From positions 2,542,001 to 2,606,000 of the forward strand of contig JBPQGU010000016.1 of the NCBI GenBank assembly GCA_051362555.1: a stretch of DNA of 64,000 bases, written 5' to 3'. The number at the start of each line of letters is the position of its first letter. The first letter of the stretch is position 1. Under the pieces are notes generated by a model, which was not told the origin of the DNA, did no database searches, and saw only the letters and a program-made list of their open reading frames with translations. Origin of the DNA: Lingula anatina. Lineage: Eukaryota; Animalia; Brachiopoda. Positions 28,261 through 42,802 of the stretch are shown one piece after another. Made by a program: the position numbers and the translations under genes.

Positions 28261-30377
28261 CACACACCATTGGTACTACTGCTACTTCTCTATCGCAATC
28301 TCTGGACAAGCTTCCTCATAAAACCCATGCTCTGGTTTTAATTAAAGAGAAGCCATCTTTTAAAAAAAGGAATAAATGCTAAAATAATGATCTTAGAGAT
28401 CTCAACTTTGAATTGTGCCTTCCTTCCGTAGATCTACTTTATTTTACTTTATGTACCGGAAAAAGAACATTTTAACAAATCTGGGACTTGACAGAAAAAA
28501 AGAAAGCTCATTCATCACATTTAAAAATTCATGCAGGACCCAAAATTTATCTTCTATCCTAGATAAAAACAAGCTGGTTTCAATTTCAGTAGAGGCAACG
28601 GTTGTCAGCAAAAACACCAATTTTTCAAGCATTGCTCCGAGAAAAGTTAGTATGCAACTCACCAACGCACTGTGCGTATACAGTATATATATCCTATATA
28701 TACGGCATTGAAAGGGGGACCAAGGTGAAAGGAGTGAGCATAAATATAATTTAAGCAGATCCGTATACACATGTATGTATTCGTATGGCGTATGTTATCA
28801 CTCGTATAATGGCGTAGTATGCCTATTAGAAGGTCGATTACAGGAGACACTAGTTATTACAGCAGACAATTCGGGGGGGGGGGGGGAGGGAGAAGGAGGA
28901 GTGAGTATCTGAAGAACGAGGAATATTGGGGTCTGATTAACCTTTTCTTCTCTGCTTTATTGAGCGCAATTCTAACCAGTACAATAGCGGTTGATTAACC
29001 TTCAAGGGTCTGGGGTCATATCCCTCATCCCTATACTTTTTCAGATTGATCAATACATTTCAAGTATAATAAACACGCTTGTCATTTTAGGTCTTTTGGG
29101 ATCTCTCCAGGGCATTTCTAGAAAAATATGATGTATGGTACTATGAGATTATGAAACATATGAATCTTGTCTTGCAGATTTGATGGTTTTTCTTTGCCTG
29201 CAGATGATGATTTCCGTTGGGGGAATATTTGGGACATTGAGCTCAATTCTTAAATTGAATACATTAAACTAAACTCACATGATGTCAAATTTATTTTTTC
29301 AGTGTAAGATGATTGATTACAAAATACCTTGCATCTATGTTCTCATTTGCAGATAGATCTCCGAAAAACATAAAAACCCATTTGAATAATAGAGTCTTAA
29401 TCACTACATGTACTTCTAGGTTATACTCCAGGCATGCTACAAAACTGCAGCTAAATCTCAAGAGTTATTACCAAGTATCCACTGTAACTTTGAGCGCAGC
29501 TGACGAAAGACTTTTTTCACTGTGATAACGAATAGTGTTCTTCGAAAGAGTCATGAAATAGGCTTTATCAAAAATGTCGTTTTTTATAGCTACTGGGATT
29601 TATTTGTTTCATACATATTTAATTTTGCCATACACGCATTACACTAATCAATCACAATACGCGCTTTGCTTTGTTACAAAAATTTACCCCTTTCCTAAGA
29701 AGAGAATATTGAGGGCCACAAGGCGTCTCTTCGATCTGGTAAATTTCTCAGCACTTTCCCACTAATAAACTTAGGCATTACCGTAATATGGCACTGCAAT
29801 GTAAAGATTTTTCTGCACGGTTATTGACCTATACAGCGGTGTGCGGAACTTTCGTTTATATGCAGGGCGCTCGGTAGGTATCGGTGAGGTATGCCTACAT
29901 AAACCTAGACCCATATAGTTCACAGAGTTCACCAATACTTTTATGGATTCTGGTGTTTTATGGTTTTTATAGTTTTATGGATCCCATCAAGAGCAAAAGA
30001 GCAAGTTCAGACTATGATAAAATATTTATATTGTCTAGCTGTATAAATTTAATCAGAGAGTAACCATTAATTTGAGCTGGTCGCGGTCTGGTCATTCATA
30101 TTGTTTGGTCAGTCAATTTTTTTAGAAAAAGGATTGTTAATTACTCAAATTAGTCGTGCGTGATCGTAACCATTAACGGGTGTTTTGCATGATTTGATCC
30201 ACTTGTAACTTGCATAAGGCTACATTTGGGTTACAATGCAAGAAGCTCCCCTCGGAGTCATACCTGGCTGGCTGCAAATAGACCAGTTGACTATATGATG
30301 TGTGAACAACGTGCTATTTCTGACATTCGTTGACAGCCAGTAACACTGTGAAGTCCCAGACAGCTGATCTGGCAGAG

Positions 30378-31980
30378 ATGACATCAACTTTTCTTTCACT
30401 GCTTTTATGTAGCTTGCAGGCTCTGGTCAATGTTTCTGGTAAGTAGCAACTATATCGGTACAGTTATCTTATTCATTGTATCTATATATCCGAACACAGC
30501 TGAACAGACAGTGAGTTTTACTATTTCTGTAATATTGAAGACAGGGATAGATATTAAAAACCTGTATTATTTACATGTATCACTATAAATATGTGTTACC
30601 CTGTCTCCACATGCATGGTTAGAGGGCGTTTAAGTGTGTTGGTATTACCGTGGTGTGTGTGTGTGCGTGATCGTTCGTTCACGTGTCGAACGTGTTTCAC
30701 GTGTATTTGTGTCAAGGTTGAACGTAGTAAGGGCGCTGAATGAGCACACACGGTTTCCACGTTATTCAGTTCTACGCCTCGTGCCTCATGCAGGCTCGTT
30801 ATTCAGATAATTCTCATTTCGTGACTTGAATAACGTACATGTACCTGTACATAGAACATGTATCACATGTAGTATATTTACTACGCTGTTTAGAATACAG
30901 CGTGTTAATGATAATGACGCGAGACAACTACATGCACACTTAACAACCACCCCAAGGAACAGTTGTTACTCGTCGGGCTTACTCAACAGTTATATATCCT
31001 TGTACATGATATCTCGCCTCAGTTTACTTCATATTGTGTAGAAGTGAAGCATCCTATTTGTTAAGCAAATATTCAGCGTTCGAGTTTATATGTTGCTCGC
31101 GTCAGCAGAGTGATGAAGAATTTATAGCTAACGTTCTATGAGAGGTCATAGTATTATCTCAGTCTCGAAAATATATTGTTGTTTCATAGCTTACAAGGAA
31201 GCGGCTTATAAGGATTTGAACAAAGAGTACTAAATCTTTGCGTGGATTGAAATTGCCTGAGCATTCAAATCAGTCCTTTTAAGATAACAAAAAACACCCT
31301 TTTTTATAGGTTGTAATACCTCTTTTCGGTCTTTTAACCGACCAGTAGTTCGCTGGACGTTACTGACTTCGCACTGCACCATATATGTATATATATATAT
31401 ATATACATGGTCTAGGGAAAAGTGAGAGAACCCGCAAAATGCTTTACATTAGCTCCCGTTGTCCAGGAAACGGCGAAAACGTGAAGCCATGCAGTCATCA
31501 GCCTTGTTTTCTTGTGTGCCTTGCTAACGTTGCTGTATCGAATATACATGCAAACCTAACCTAATGAAGTGATCAGCGTCATTAGTTCAAATTGCATCCA
31601 ATCTGACTTGTATGGATTTAGTCCCAGTTTCAGCCACTAGGCTATATAAAAGCATCGACTGAAGCATGCTTCTAATATAAAGCAAAGCTGATGAACATCA
31701 GTGTAAAATCTTGTTTAAGCACAGCCCACGCTTCAGACGCACAGACATTCGCAAATATTGAGGTATATTAGACCCATACACTGCATATTGCCTGCGCGAA
31801 ACGTGTAGTAAATTGTTAAGGAGAATAAATAATGGAGAGGATAGCGGTTACTTGCCCCGTGATATGTGTGTGTTAGTCATATGTAAGTTCAGTTAAGTTA
31901 TAATTACCTGATATAGTCACTTAATGTACCGTCGGTGTATGGTGACCATTTTTACTGGCTGTAGAAAATGAAAAAGAGGA

Positions 31981-32015
<35 letters not shown>

Positions 32016-35000
32016 ATATTATAATACGTTGAAATAAATATTATAATACGTTGAAACCAGTGTGTAACAGATCTGGCTGAAATTTTACTTTTTGTAAAAA
32101 AAATATTGTCAGCTTATTTGTTTTTTTTTCAGGATGGACGTACGACGGAAAAACAGGTGAGGCATATTTACTTTAATAAAAAATGTGGCGGTCACAAAAT
32201 GTGATGAGATGCATGTTCCTTTCAGTCGGTAGTAAACAAGAAAAATTAGGACTCGTAAAAAGGGGATACAAAAAGAACCACGATTGTGGTGGGAAATTGT
32301 ATACTCTGCACAAAATGCGATTTAGGTTCTTTGCTATTTTTCAAGTTGGGCCAACTAAAATGGTCCATTTCTTTTCAGAAAAAGATCCACTATGAAACTG
32401 CCACATGTAAAGACAGATTTAGAACAGTGCTTTTACCTTTGAAATAAGAGTCCCAGATTCTTATTGAACATTGGAGAAGCGGTGAAGTATGGGGTGAATC
32501 CCATGAATGAATACCCGAACAAGTTGAAAAATACCACTGACGCTATGAAACACAAGACCAATTTGATCTCAGGTCATACAATATTTCTTTTTTTCGGCAT
32601 TTTTACCAAAGAAAACGAATTGTATATTGAGCATATCTATCGTATTTCGTTTTACTGCATAAGTGGCTGTTACAATATTACATGCGTAACTATCACTCTA
32701 TCGTTCACTAGTTTGTTTGTTGGCGTATACAGCGAACCCTTGCACAATTTCGCGTTTTTGTCGTCCGGGTAGTTGTCAGCTAAGCACTTGATGACAGGTT
32801 TGATTTGAAAGATTTCTGCAAACCTGGTATTATCATATCTGTCATATGCACTTACAACTGACCAGATCACAATAATTTGCACTTGTCTCCGTAATAAACA
32901 TGGTTAGCTCAGGGCATAAAGATTAAGTTATTTTGTCTTTATGCTTCCTTTCATTTCAACCTATATATGATTTATTAAAGATAAAAACCAGTCTGGGCTT
33001 TAAAGTAAAATATTCCTTTCAATAATTTTGAATTTTTTTTATTCTTATCAAATTAATTAAATGAATTAAATGAATTAAAGTTGGGGTGCTTTTGTAAACC
33101 GTAGCTGATCCATACATAGTGTATTTGAAACGGATCAAGGTTGATAGAAATCGTATAATTCGAAACATAAAAAACACTTAATTGAGTACTGATGTTGTAC
33201 AGCAAATTACTTACACTTTTGCCATATACAGAAAACAATTAAAGCGGAATCAAATGAGTAAAAGGGACAAAGAGTTATTGAGTGTAAGTTAAGTTTCTCC
33301 AAGAGTCAACAAGTGTAGAACATGTTTTTAGTGTCAGAAAAAGATGGAAAAGGTCAAAGTCAGTAACAGTTAATGTGATTGGTTAATTTCATAACATATA
33401 ATAATTTTGATCATCTATTTATCACATGATAGCTGAGTTTTGGATAAGGTCCAAGCATGAGTAATCCAAATAATATTTTAGATATCTTTAATTGAAAACA
33501 AGTTTCTTAAGGATTACCTAATAAGGAAATGTTGCATAGTGACTTGCAACATGAGAATGGAAAATATTTTGTAATCACGCAAAGACAATGGAAAAGAAAA
33601 CAAGTAAATGCGTGATCAGTACGGAGAAATTGAGTATAAATATTTGTGAAGTTGTATGAAGAGAGAGTCGGTGAATAAACGTTCGAAAAACTGCTGTCGT
33701 CATTCCTCACTATAACACTGATCATCAGAAATAAATTGAGCGAGTTAAGTAACACGTGGTCCATATCGGTACTGAAGGTGGATCAAACACGGAGATTCCA
33801 CAGAGAGGAGCACAGCGGCGATCACCAATACAAACTGGATATTTAATATTGCAAACTTGCATTATGCGTTGTTTTCGCTTTACTGCCAATTCTTTATAAT
33901 CACAATAAGATAACCCTGCTAAATGCTGAAAATTTGATTATTCATTTCGAATACCCAAACTCTCGTCTATTTGAATTGTTTGCTGCAAACATTATGGGAA
34001 TGGTTCTTGATTATCTGTCTATCAAACATTTTTTTGAATTAATCATGGCTCACGCTGCGCTCTGCTTTCTGTAACCTTCGGTTTTACACTGATCTTTTTT
34101 TATCTTGGATTGCATTTTTTTTTTCAATAATGATTTAGAATAAGTCCATTTGTTTTTATTTTGTTGCAGAAACAAAGCTGGCTTATCGGTTGATTTATTT
34201 GCGATAAAAATTACTTAAAGAATATAATTTGCTTACACTTTGTCAAGACGATGATGCAAATAATAAACTGGTGATGATGACGATTATTTAGAACACTTAC
34301 GATGCTTTTTCATACCATTATTCTGTTCTTTTAGGCGTAGATCAATGGGCGAAACTTTTTGCACCATGCGGAGGACAAAAACAGTCCCCAATAGACATTC
34401 TGTCTGCCGATGCAGAGGAAGATTTAACTCTTAAGCCTTTCAAGCTGAACGGTTATAACAGCGTCCCAGCGAACGCCGAGTGGGTGATAGAGAATAACGC
34501 GCACACAGGTAATAAACTAAAAGAACGCTTGAAAGCAGGATCCAGCGTTGTGCTGGATCCAAGGGTAAACTAACGGTACGTGAAATTGTCGTTTAGCCAA
34601 AAGTTGCATAACGGGATGAAAATGTTTGGTATCTTGTTTGTGTAAACTTCACAACACGAACTTCCACATGTAGTCTTGCTGGAATTTTGTTTATTAGGTT
34701 TTCTTTTTTTTTGTTGGTAAGATATCGAGGCAGGAGGATCGAGTAAAGGGTCATGGATAGTCTGTTCGGTATTTGCGTCCCTCAAACAGCTGGACAGCAA
34801 CAACAATAACATCTTGTATTTTCATAATTTGCATCGTTCGTAATTTGTTATTATTTATACAACAACAATCATATTTGTTCTTGTTACAATAGGTGGATTA
34901 TGCCGATCATCACACTCTGTAAACAACAAAAGACGGAGTATTTTTATATATTATATAAGAAAAATTAGACACAGTTTGATTCAGACATTAATATATATAT

Positions 35001-35285
35001 AATTTTTCTTCGACAGTCCAAGTTAATATTAAATCGGGGGAATACAGTGTCCAAGGTGGAGGTTTGCCCAGGAATTACAAACTGCTTCAGTTCCACTGGC
35101 ACTGGGGTATGACCAGCAAGGAGGGCTCAGAACACACAGTTAATGGGAAAAGCTATCCCATGGAGGTAATCGAGAAAAAATATTTTATTTAGAGTAGATG
35201 TACTGAATATTATATTATAATATAGTATAATATTATATTATATTATACTATATTATGGCACATAAGGAGGGGAGGGGCAATAAAA

Positions 35286-35329
<44 letters not shown>

Positions 35330-36782
35330 AAGAAACGACACAAATAGCATATAAACCTAGATATTTTAAGGTAAGCATGTTCGTTTTGAGTCGGTTTTTA
35401 TAGATAAATTTCGATAAAAAAAGACCAGCAAATCAAATTATTAAAGACGACGATCAAATACCCCTGTCGGGAAATACCCCAGTCTCCCTGCCTACAGTAT
35501 CAGCGTCAGCAGAAAGTGATTAGCAATCTGCTTTGAAGAGATCGACTTCAGCTCGAAGTAATTCAATATGCCGGATAAGTCCTCTTCTAAATAAGAAATT
35601 AGTTTTACTCAATTTCATCACAAATACACGATGATGCCGTGATGATAAAACGCAACAGGTCATTATTGACGGACAGCCCTATCTTTGTCCGCAGACACAA
35701 ATACTTGTGCTTAACTATCTACAGTGGACTTAACAGACAAAATGCATATATCCGTACATAAAGCCGTGAACATGATTTGTCACCCATCTTTCAGGTGTTG
35801 AGTTGTCAATTCATGTAGTGGTATTTTGTCAGTTTGCTACTTTCAAACCGACACACCCCACTCACCACAGTATGGGGCGGGAATCTTTGTCTAATAATAC
35901 GTCTACATAGCTTGTTTTTCATTTTGGTAGTCATTTTTTTAAAACTCTTTATCTTCAATTCGATATTTTTTATTTGTAAAGCTTTAGATTTTAAATCATG
36001 AATAGGGCGCGCCTATGTTGTGCGAAAAAAAAAAGTAATCCATATCGATTAGATACATCATTTGTTGTTGATAGGGGCCTATATTGTGAGTTTTGTAAAA
36101 GCGACGGCTTACTTTTTTTATCAAACCTAACGCCAACATATATCTTTTTTCTTAACAGCTTCATTTAGTTCACTATGCGTCAAATTACACGTCGCCTGGA
36201 GATGCGCTCGATAAAACCAACGGGTTGGCAGTGTTGGGTTTCTTCATAGACGTACGTATTGAGAAGTGAAAAATCCAAAGTAAAGGGGCATCGGTGCTCA
36301 GTTTGCGAAAAAAAAAATCAAGGTTCAGTTTTAATCAAACAATTTCAAAAGAGCAATCGGTGTACTGATATGATTTTTTTTACGTAGGAAGCATTATTTC
36401 ATATGTCTTTGTCACCTTGACGATATTTGAATGTGATAATAGGTAACGTGTCTTTTCCCTTGAATTTCTCGTTTTGCCACCAATATTATTAATAATAATA
36501 AGAAAACAGCAACAAAAACGACACGTGCAAAACAGATGCCACTCCACTGTTATTTGATCCACAGGTCCAAGCGGAAGATAATCCATTCTGGGAAGGCGTA
36601 GTAAATATGATGTCTAAAGTTGCCTATGGAGGTAAATATAACTGCTACGTTTGACAAGTTGATTGCTGACAAGATGGAGTGACGACGGAAATTGTGAAAG
36701 CATAATGTGCAGCGGCACTGATATCTCTATTATACCGACAAAACCCCCATCAATTTATTTAAAAGGTGTGGAGGTGGTGTGT

Positions 36783-36813
<31 letters not shown>

Positions 36814-37485
36814 GGGAGAGAGAGAGAGAGAGAGAGAGAGAAGGGGTGATAGGGCACCTCTAAAGCTAACGCGGTGGTACGTGCCCGCTGTGTCCTTCCC
36901 TGGATTCCCCCATTGTGATCTAAAATGTATTGCGAATATAATGCAATTTTTAATTTAATTTATGCAGAACATTTACTTTTCGATATACAGTAACTCTCAG
37001 TACGGTGCGTTTTTCCCAGAAAATCTGACATGTTTTATACACTTCAGGTACCAGTGCTCCTATGCCTCCCGTAATCCTGGCAGAACTTTTACCCAACCCA
37101 GACAAACTGAACGAGTTCTACCGTTACGGAGGAAGTCTTACGACCCCTGGATGCTTTGAATCTGTCATATGGACCGTTTTCACTGAACCAATTCGTTTGT
37201 CCGAGAGACAGGTGAATGACCTATGTTATCCTATGCTTCGAAATATATAATGGGGTGTCACTATAACCGAATTTTGTGGATGAAAGGTGCTTGCAGCCAG
37301 TTTGTCACGCTAGATTACTAGAGCGGTTGATCTGTTCAAACTTAACAATCTAGAACTAGAGTGAATTATAGCTGTGTTCCAAGAGCAACTTACCAGCGGA
37401 AAAACTATCCTTTGTTATGTAATAGAACAAGTCGAAAGAATAATTATATGTAATTTTTGACATTTCAATCAAAAAGATATTACGC

Positions 37486-37534
<49 letters not shown>

Positions 37535-38180
37535 GAGAGAGAGTGCAAAAGGTTTTTTCCGGATTGCCTAACGCACGCCTCTCAAAACTACACATTTCTC
37601 AAATAAGGTCTTGATGTCCATCAATACAAATTTTAATTGAAGAAATGGAATTTTAGAAATTTTTGCATTACACATTAATGTTATTATACGAGTTCTTTGA
37701 TTGTTTAGATATGTACAGCTATGATATACTGTATGCCATGCTTAAAATTTAAATGGGTCGGGTTAGTTTATTTTTTAATTGCAACAGGAGTTTACTGCGA
37801 TTATTGATGGTGATGTTAATTAGGACAACTGAATTATGAAGCATAAAAATAAGAGATCAGCTTGTAAATTGATAACACCAGTCTTCACTAGTGACCAAAA
37901 CAGCTACCCCATTTGTTCTAACATGTGGAACATTTTCTATTTTCAGCTCCAAAAATTCCGCCTTTTCCTCAGGTTTAATAAAGCCGGAGAAGCCCCTGAA
38001 CCCATGGTTAATAACTACCGCCCAGTTCAACCTCTTTATGACCGGCTGGTATACAAAAGCGTATCTGATGATCGTCGTGGTTGGAGTATGGAATTGTTCC
38101 TTTTGCTTGCAGTTATGGCCGTGGCTTGCATGTTCTACCAATCCGTCACCAAGACCGTTACCACAAAAAAGGCGGATTGA
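30378..38180 (+). CDS. Alpha-carbonic anhydrase 2, complete, 8 coding exons (30378-30438, 32133-32156, 34335-34508, 35017-35165, 36159-36251, 36565-36631, 37048-37211, 37947-38180); signal peptide and C-terminal TM
   Basis: Splices in frame to MTSTFLSLLLCSLQALVNVSG-WTYDGKTGVDQW..CGGQKQSPIDI..NNAHT..QFHWHWG..GSEHTVNGKSYPMELHLVHY..FYRYGGSLTTPGCFESVIW..NYRPVQPL. The three Zn-binding His are intact. Confidence 0.93.
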
Positions 38181-39601
38181 GTCTTTTGGAGGAGGGAGTG
38201 AAATATATACCCTTGGCAATTATTGATATTGCAAAGAAAAGTACAAACACTTTTTACAACAGCATTATTATCTGCAATACAACCGAGTTGGCAGATTGAA
38301 ATATTAGTATTTTGGGGCATTTGTTTTTTGTTTGTTTTTATTAATTTTTTTTTTTTTTTTGGGGGGGGGGGGGGGTGGTAGAGAAGGGCTGGTGAGGGGG
38401 GTGTCTGATTGTTAGAGAAAAATAAATGGATGTGCACAAACATGTTGCAGCAATAAGAACCACATGTGAATGCACTTCATAGGACGCCAATCAGATCCTT
38501 GCAAATAAGATATACTGATTCACAATATTTCGAGATGTTATGGTGCTAATGCTGGGTGGGAGTGAGGGAGGGTAAGGACATGTAAACTAAATGGCAGAAT
38601 CTAAGTGCTTCTGATTTTACGAAGCTTTGGTATGCTAAAAACACTTTTAACATTGCCCATGAAGCTGTTTTTGTGAAAAAATGTAAGAAAATGGGGATAA
38701 ATAGATCAGGAACAATAAAATGGGATATTTCTACTACAATAAATAAAACATGGAGGACATTCCTTCATAAGAAACATCCCATTATACCAGTATAATTCTT
38801 GTCACATATTCATAAACATTAAAGTAGCCCTTGAAATAAGCATTTATCAGTTAATGGTAGGCAATTGGCTTCCTTAACATAACATCCATGCACCCAATAG
38901 GTTTTTTACTTTAAAAATTGCATACTTTGAATGAAATGCGAATGTTAACATAATTAGGCACCATGTTACGTATTTGAGTTTACACGTTGGTTTAGTCTCA
39001 GGGAAGAATATTTTTTAAAATTAATTTTGGATCATTTTAAGGAAAGGGCTTTTCAATAAGTCATGGGATCATTGCAATTTAACATCGACTCATATAAATG
39101 TTACAGTATAACTTGTTATCATATTGACTTTTTCAATATCATGTGTTAACCATTCACTTTGTTAGAGAATAAACTCTGCATTTAATTTTTGACGTTTTTT
39201 ATTATTTCATTATCTTTATATGAATTGCGTGGCTTAATATTCTTGTTGCCCAATTACAACTGGACAGCATCACACATATAATTCAATAAGACAAGAATTA
39301 AATGTATCATCTAACTTTTCATGCAAAATTTCATTCAGACATATAAAACACTCCAAATAAAATATAAAATGTCACTTTTATTTTGACAAAAAAAAATCCA
39401 AAAATTTAATTTCAAAAAAACCTACTCAGAAACTAGATATTACTCTAGACATTTTTCATTCACTACATCAGGTCCTGTGAAAAATTTAGTTAGTTTCAAG
39501 TCCCAGTGGACAACATTTGTTTAACATCAATAACTACCTTGCTGTATTACACAGGATCATACAGGTATATCCATATCGAAATATAATAACAAAGATGTAT
39601 G

Positions 39602-42600
39602 TTACCGATCTTCTTCGACTAGACCCTTCTTATTTTCCAGCAAGTCATTTGCTAAAGCCTTGAACCCTGGAGGTGGTCTCCTAGGTTTGTTATCCTTTTT
39701 TAAATCATTGCTAAATGAGGCAGACAATGCACAATCTGTTCTAAAATCCCCTTGAGGATTTGAAGGGGGTCCCTCCAGTTTAAAGCCGGGTGGTGGCCGG
39801 GTGGTTTTAACCACAGTTGCACTCAATTTTTCTGCAATTGAATTTAATGACAACTCATCATTTTTACCTCCTGTCTGGTCTGGTGTAGAATTTGCATTAG
39901 TTCCGGATTCATCTTCCAATTTGTTATGAGACTTGTCTCCGCTTTTCAATTGATTGGACTTGCCATGTGCATAATTATTTCCATCTGAACTAGGTTTCTC
40001 TCTCCTTCTCCTGCCTGACTGTGGCCTAGAAGTCTTACCACGCTGGTGATGACCATTCACTCCATGATCTAAGACTTCATCATCAGCACCATCTTTAGAA
40101 AAGTTTTTGTTGTCATGGGCTGGTTTACCCGTGTGGTATCTTCTGTTGTTTCGGCTATTTGTATTTGCATAATGACCTCTTCCCTTACCTTTGGCATGTC
40201 CACGTTCTCTGTGGAACTGTCTGACACTTGAAGGACTGCTTACGTGGCCACCTTCAACTTTTGACTCTTGTATAGCATCTTTTCTTCCTCTTCCTTCCTT
40301 TCCAAAAGGTGATCTTTGTCATTTTTGGTAATTGCCTCCTGATCATTTTCTGCTGTTTTCAGTGTTTTTTCTGGATTATCTGAAGCACTGTTCAATGTGT
40401 CTACTGCCCTGTTTCTGGTATCTACACCTAATTTTTTGAGATCACTATTTGGGTCTATTTCCTTCCCCTTCTCAACATTTTCATTTTGTAATCTTTTGTT
40501 ACTGATTGCATCGTCTGTGGTTTTAAGATTTTCAGAGGTGGGTTTATCTTTTGCAGGAGCGGCTTTGTGTCTGTGCTCTCTTGGTGACCTTTGACTTGGC
40601 CTGACCTCTCTACGTCCTGAGTATGGTCTCCCTCTGCCTCTTCCCCTTTCATGATGTGAGTAAGTATGGCGTCCAGAGCTAGGTCTGTATCCTTTCTTTA
40701 TTCCTTCATCCACCTTGTCACTATCAATACGCTTCTTCACACAAGGCTTATCTCCATCTGTCCCTTGCTGCGCAGGCGCCACACTTGCTGATTGTTGGGT
40801 ATTTTCTAGTGCAACCAAGTTTGTACCAGATGATGACTGTAAAGAAAATACAAAGGATTTGCACATATCTGAAACCAAAATCAAACATAATTGTTTTGGG
40901 GAAAAACGATCCATCTTTATAAAAAAAGTTGGCAAAAATTATCATGAATACACATATGCATACTGTACAACTTTATGTTTATTAATTTTGCCCCTTTATA
41001 CATAAAAAGCCCTTCACTTACAGATGATATCAAATACTTGTTTTTTTCTTCTTCAAGATCAATGATCCCTCCTTTTGCTTTTTGTTTCAGAAGTAACTGT
41101 TTCATATTCTCTTGCATTTCTTTGAGTTCCTCTGTAAGGAAGAAGTGGTCACTCCCTGTTGTGGGTGGGACTGCCTGGCGCAGAGAGTCTATATCAAAGG
41201 CTATTGGTGTTCTACACACTGGGCATACTGCCTATAGAAAACATTCCATTTTCTTTAATATACTCCATATGTTAGGGATATTCAGCATTTCATCACTTTT
41301 ATCATTTCAGTACATAAGACCATCCCTTACAACAATATAAAATAAGACAATTTTTGAAATAAATGAGAGTGCAGATTCAAGATTCAAAGCAATTATTTTC
41401 CAAATTACTTATGTTCTGGAATAGTACTGTTCGAAAAAATACTGAACTTACTTCCATCTTTGGTTGCTGTAAATGAATAGCACCTAATCTTGCTTGTTCT
41501 TCCTCCTCCTGCTTAATCAATTTCATTGTATGATCTATGTGCCTGTAGAGACAGTGGCAGTGGAAGTAATGGTAGCAGTCAGTTCTTGTGAACTCCTCGT
41601 CTTCATGGAAGCACTCCAAACAGATCACACACTGACCATGAGGGATGTTGCCTTCTGTCAAGCTCTCTTTAGCAAGCTAAAATATATATTTTACATATCA
41701 AAGAATGGTAAATAAAAATCTGTTAATCAAGATCCCTTCTAACTGCAGCTTCATCTTGTGTAATGGAGGTTTAAAAAATCAAAATTCAACCTTATTTTTG
41801 AAAATTTCTTAAATTTAGAACACCTGTACCAACATAGATAAGCTTAAAAACTAAATTCAATGTTTTTGCAACCAGTTTCAACTATTTAATCTTTTTAAAA
41901 AGTTAGTTAAGTATCATACGACTTTTACTACTTTATTTTTTTTACACTACTCAGTTATATTTTTACTACTTTAAAAAATTTGACTTGACCTTAGTTTACA
42001 CTAAATTCTATTTGCATAATGATGTTTATTTTCACCAAATACCTCAATCAGTTCATAAAGCATAGGGCTGCCTTCTCTCTCACTTGCTAGGTCTTGTAGC
42101 TTTTGAAAAGTCCTAGAAAAGACAAAAATCTCTTGAAGTATGCACTACACTAGTTAGCAAAGCACATAAAAACTTCAGAAAAAATATAAACACTGTATAT
42201 ATGTAATTAACCATTAAGCAAAATAAAACCACCTGTGTACTTTGTATCAATGTGTTCACATACATTTATTAAATCCACAACAATCTTAAATCATTGTTTT
42301 TATGTCCACTTTTCTATTCTGTACTACTGACCTGTTTATTTCTTCATCTGCTAGTCCTCTTGGGTTTTTTATCATTATTTTGGGAGCCTCATCTGGATAC
42401 TGAAAGACAGATTGTTATGTCTATTGTTGAAGTACAAATTCTTTGGTATTCAATTATTTGTATTATTAATGCAAACTGTAGATGAAACATCAACAGATTT
42501 TACGCAACCTAGCAAATGTTAAACAATTCTTTAAATCTCACTTTATAACATTTAAACCATTCAGATTGTTAACAAGAAGAGTGACACTGTCATCATAAAT

Positions 42601-42764
42601 TACAATTTATATCATGGGGAAAGTATGGTCAAGTTTTTATCTCATAAAGACTCATTCTCACCTCTGATGACAACTCCATAACCAGGGTCAGACACACATA
42701 TTTCTGTTCAACACTGTCCCCTGTAGATGGATGAAGACAAATGCTGATGACACAGGGACTAATC
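39602..42764 (-). CDS. RNF25: E3 ubiquitin ligase RNF25 (RWD + RING-H2). Exons 42662-42764, 42332-42399, 42043-42112, 41452-41676, 41022-41231, 39602-40836. 5' exons missing; apparent 1-bp frameshift near 40280
   Basis: Spliced translation LHPSTGDSVEQKYVCLTL..YPDEAPKIMIKNPRGL..MLYELIELAKESLTEGNIPHGQCVICL..CYHYFHCHCL..CPVCR closely matches known RNF25 motifs. Confidence 0.92.
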
Positions 42765-42802
42765 CTGAAATGATATAATTTACAATCAATAACTGCAGTT
42801 AC

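Noticed and set aside
28033-34812. Assorted 60-110-aa ORFs in intergenic and intronic DNA
   Set aside because: They are low-complexity or microsatellite-derived, with no motifs or splice support.
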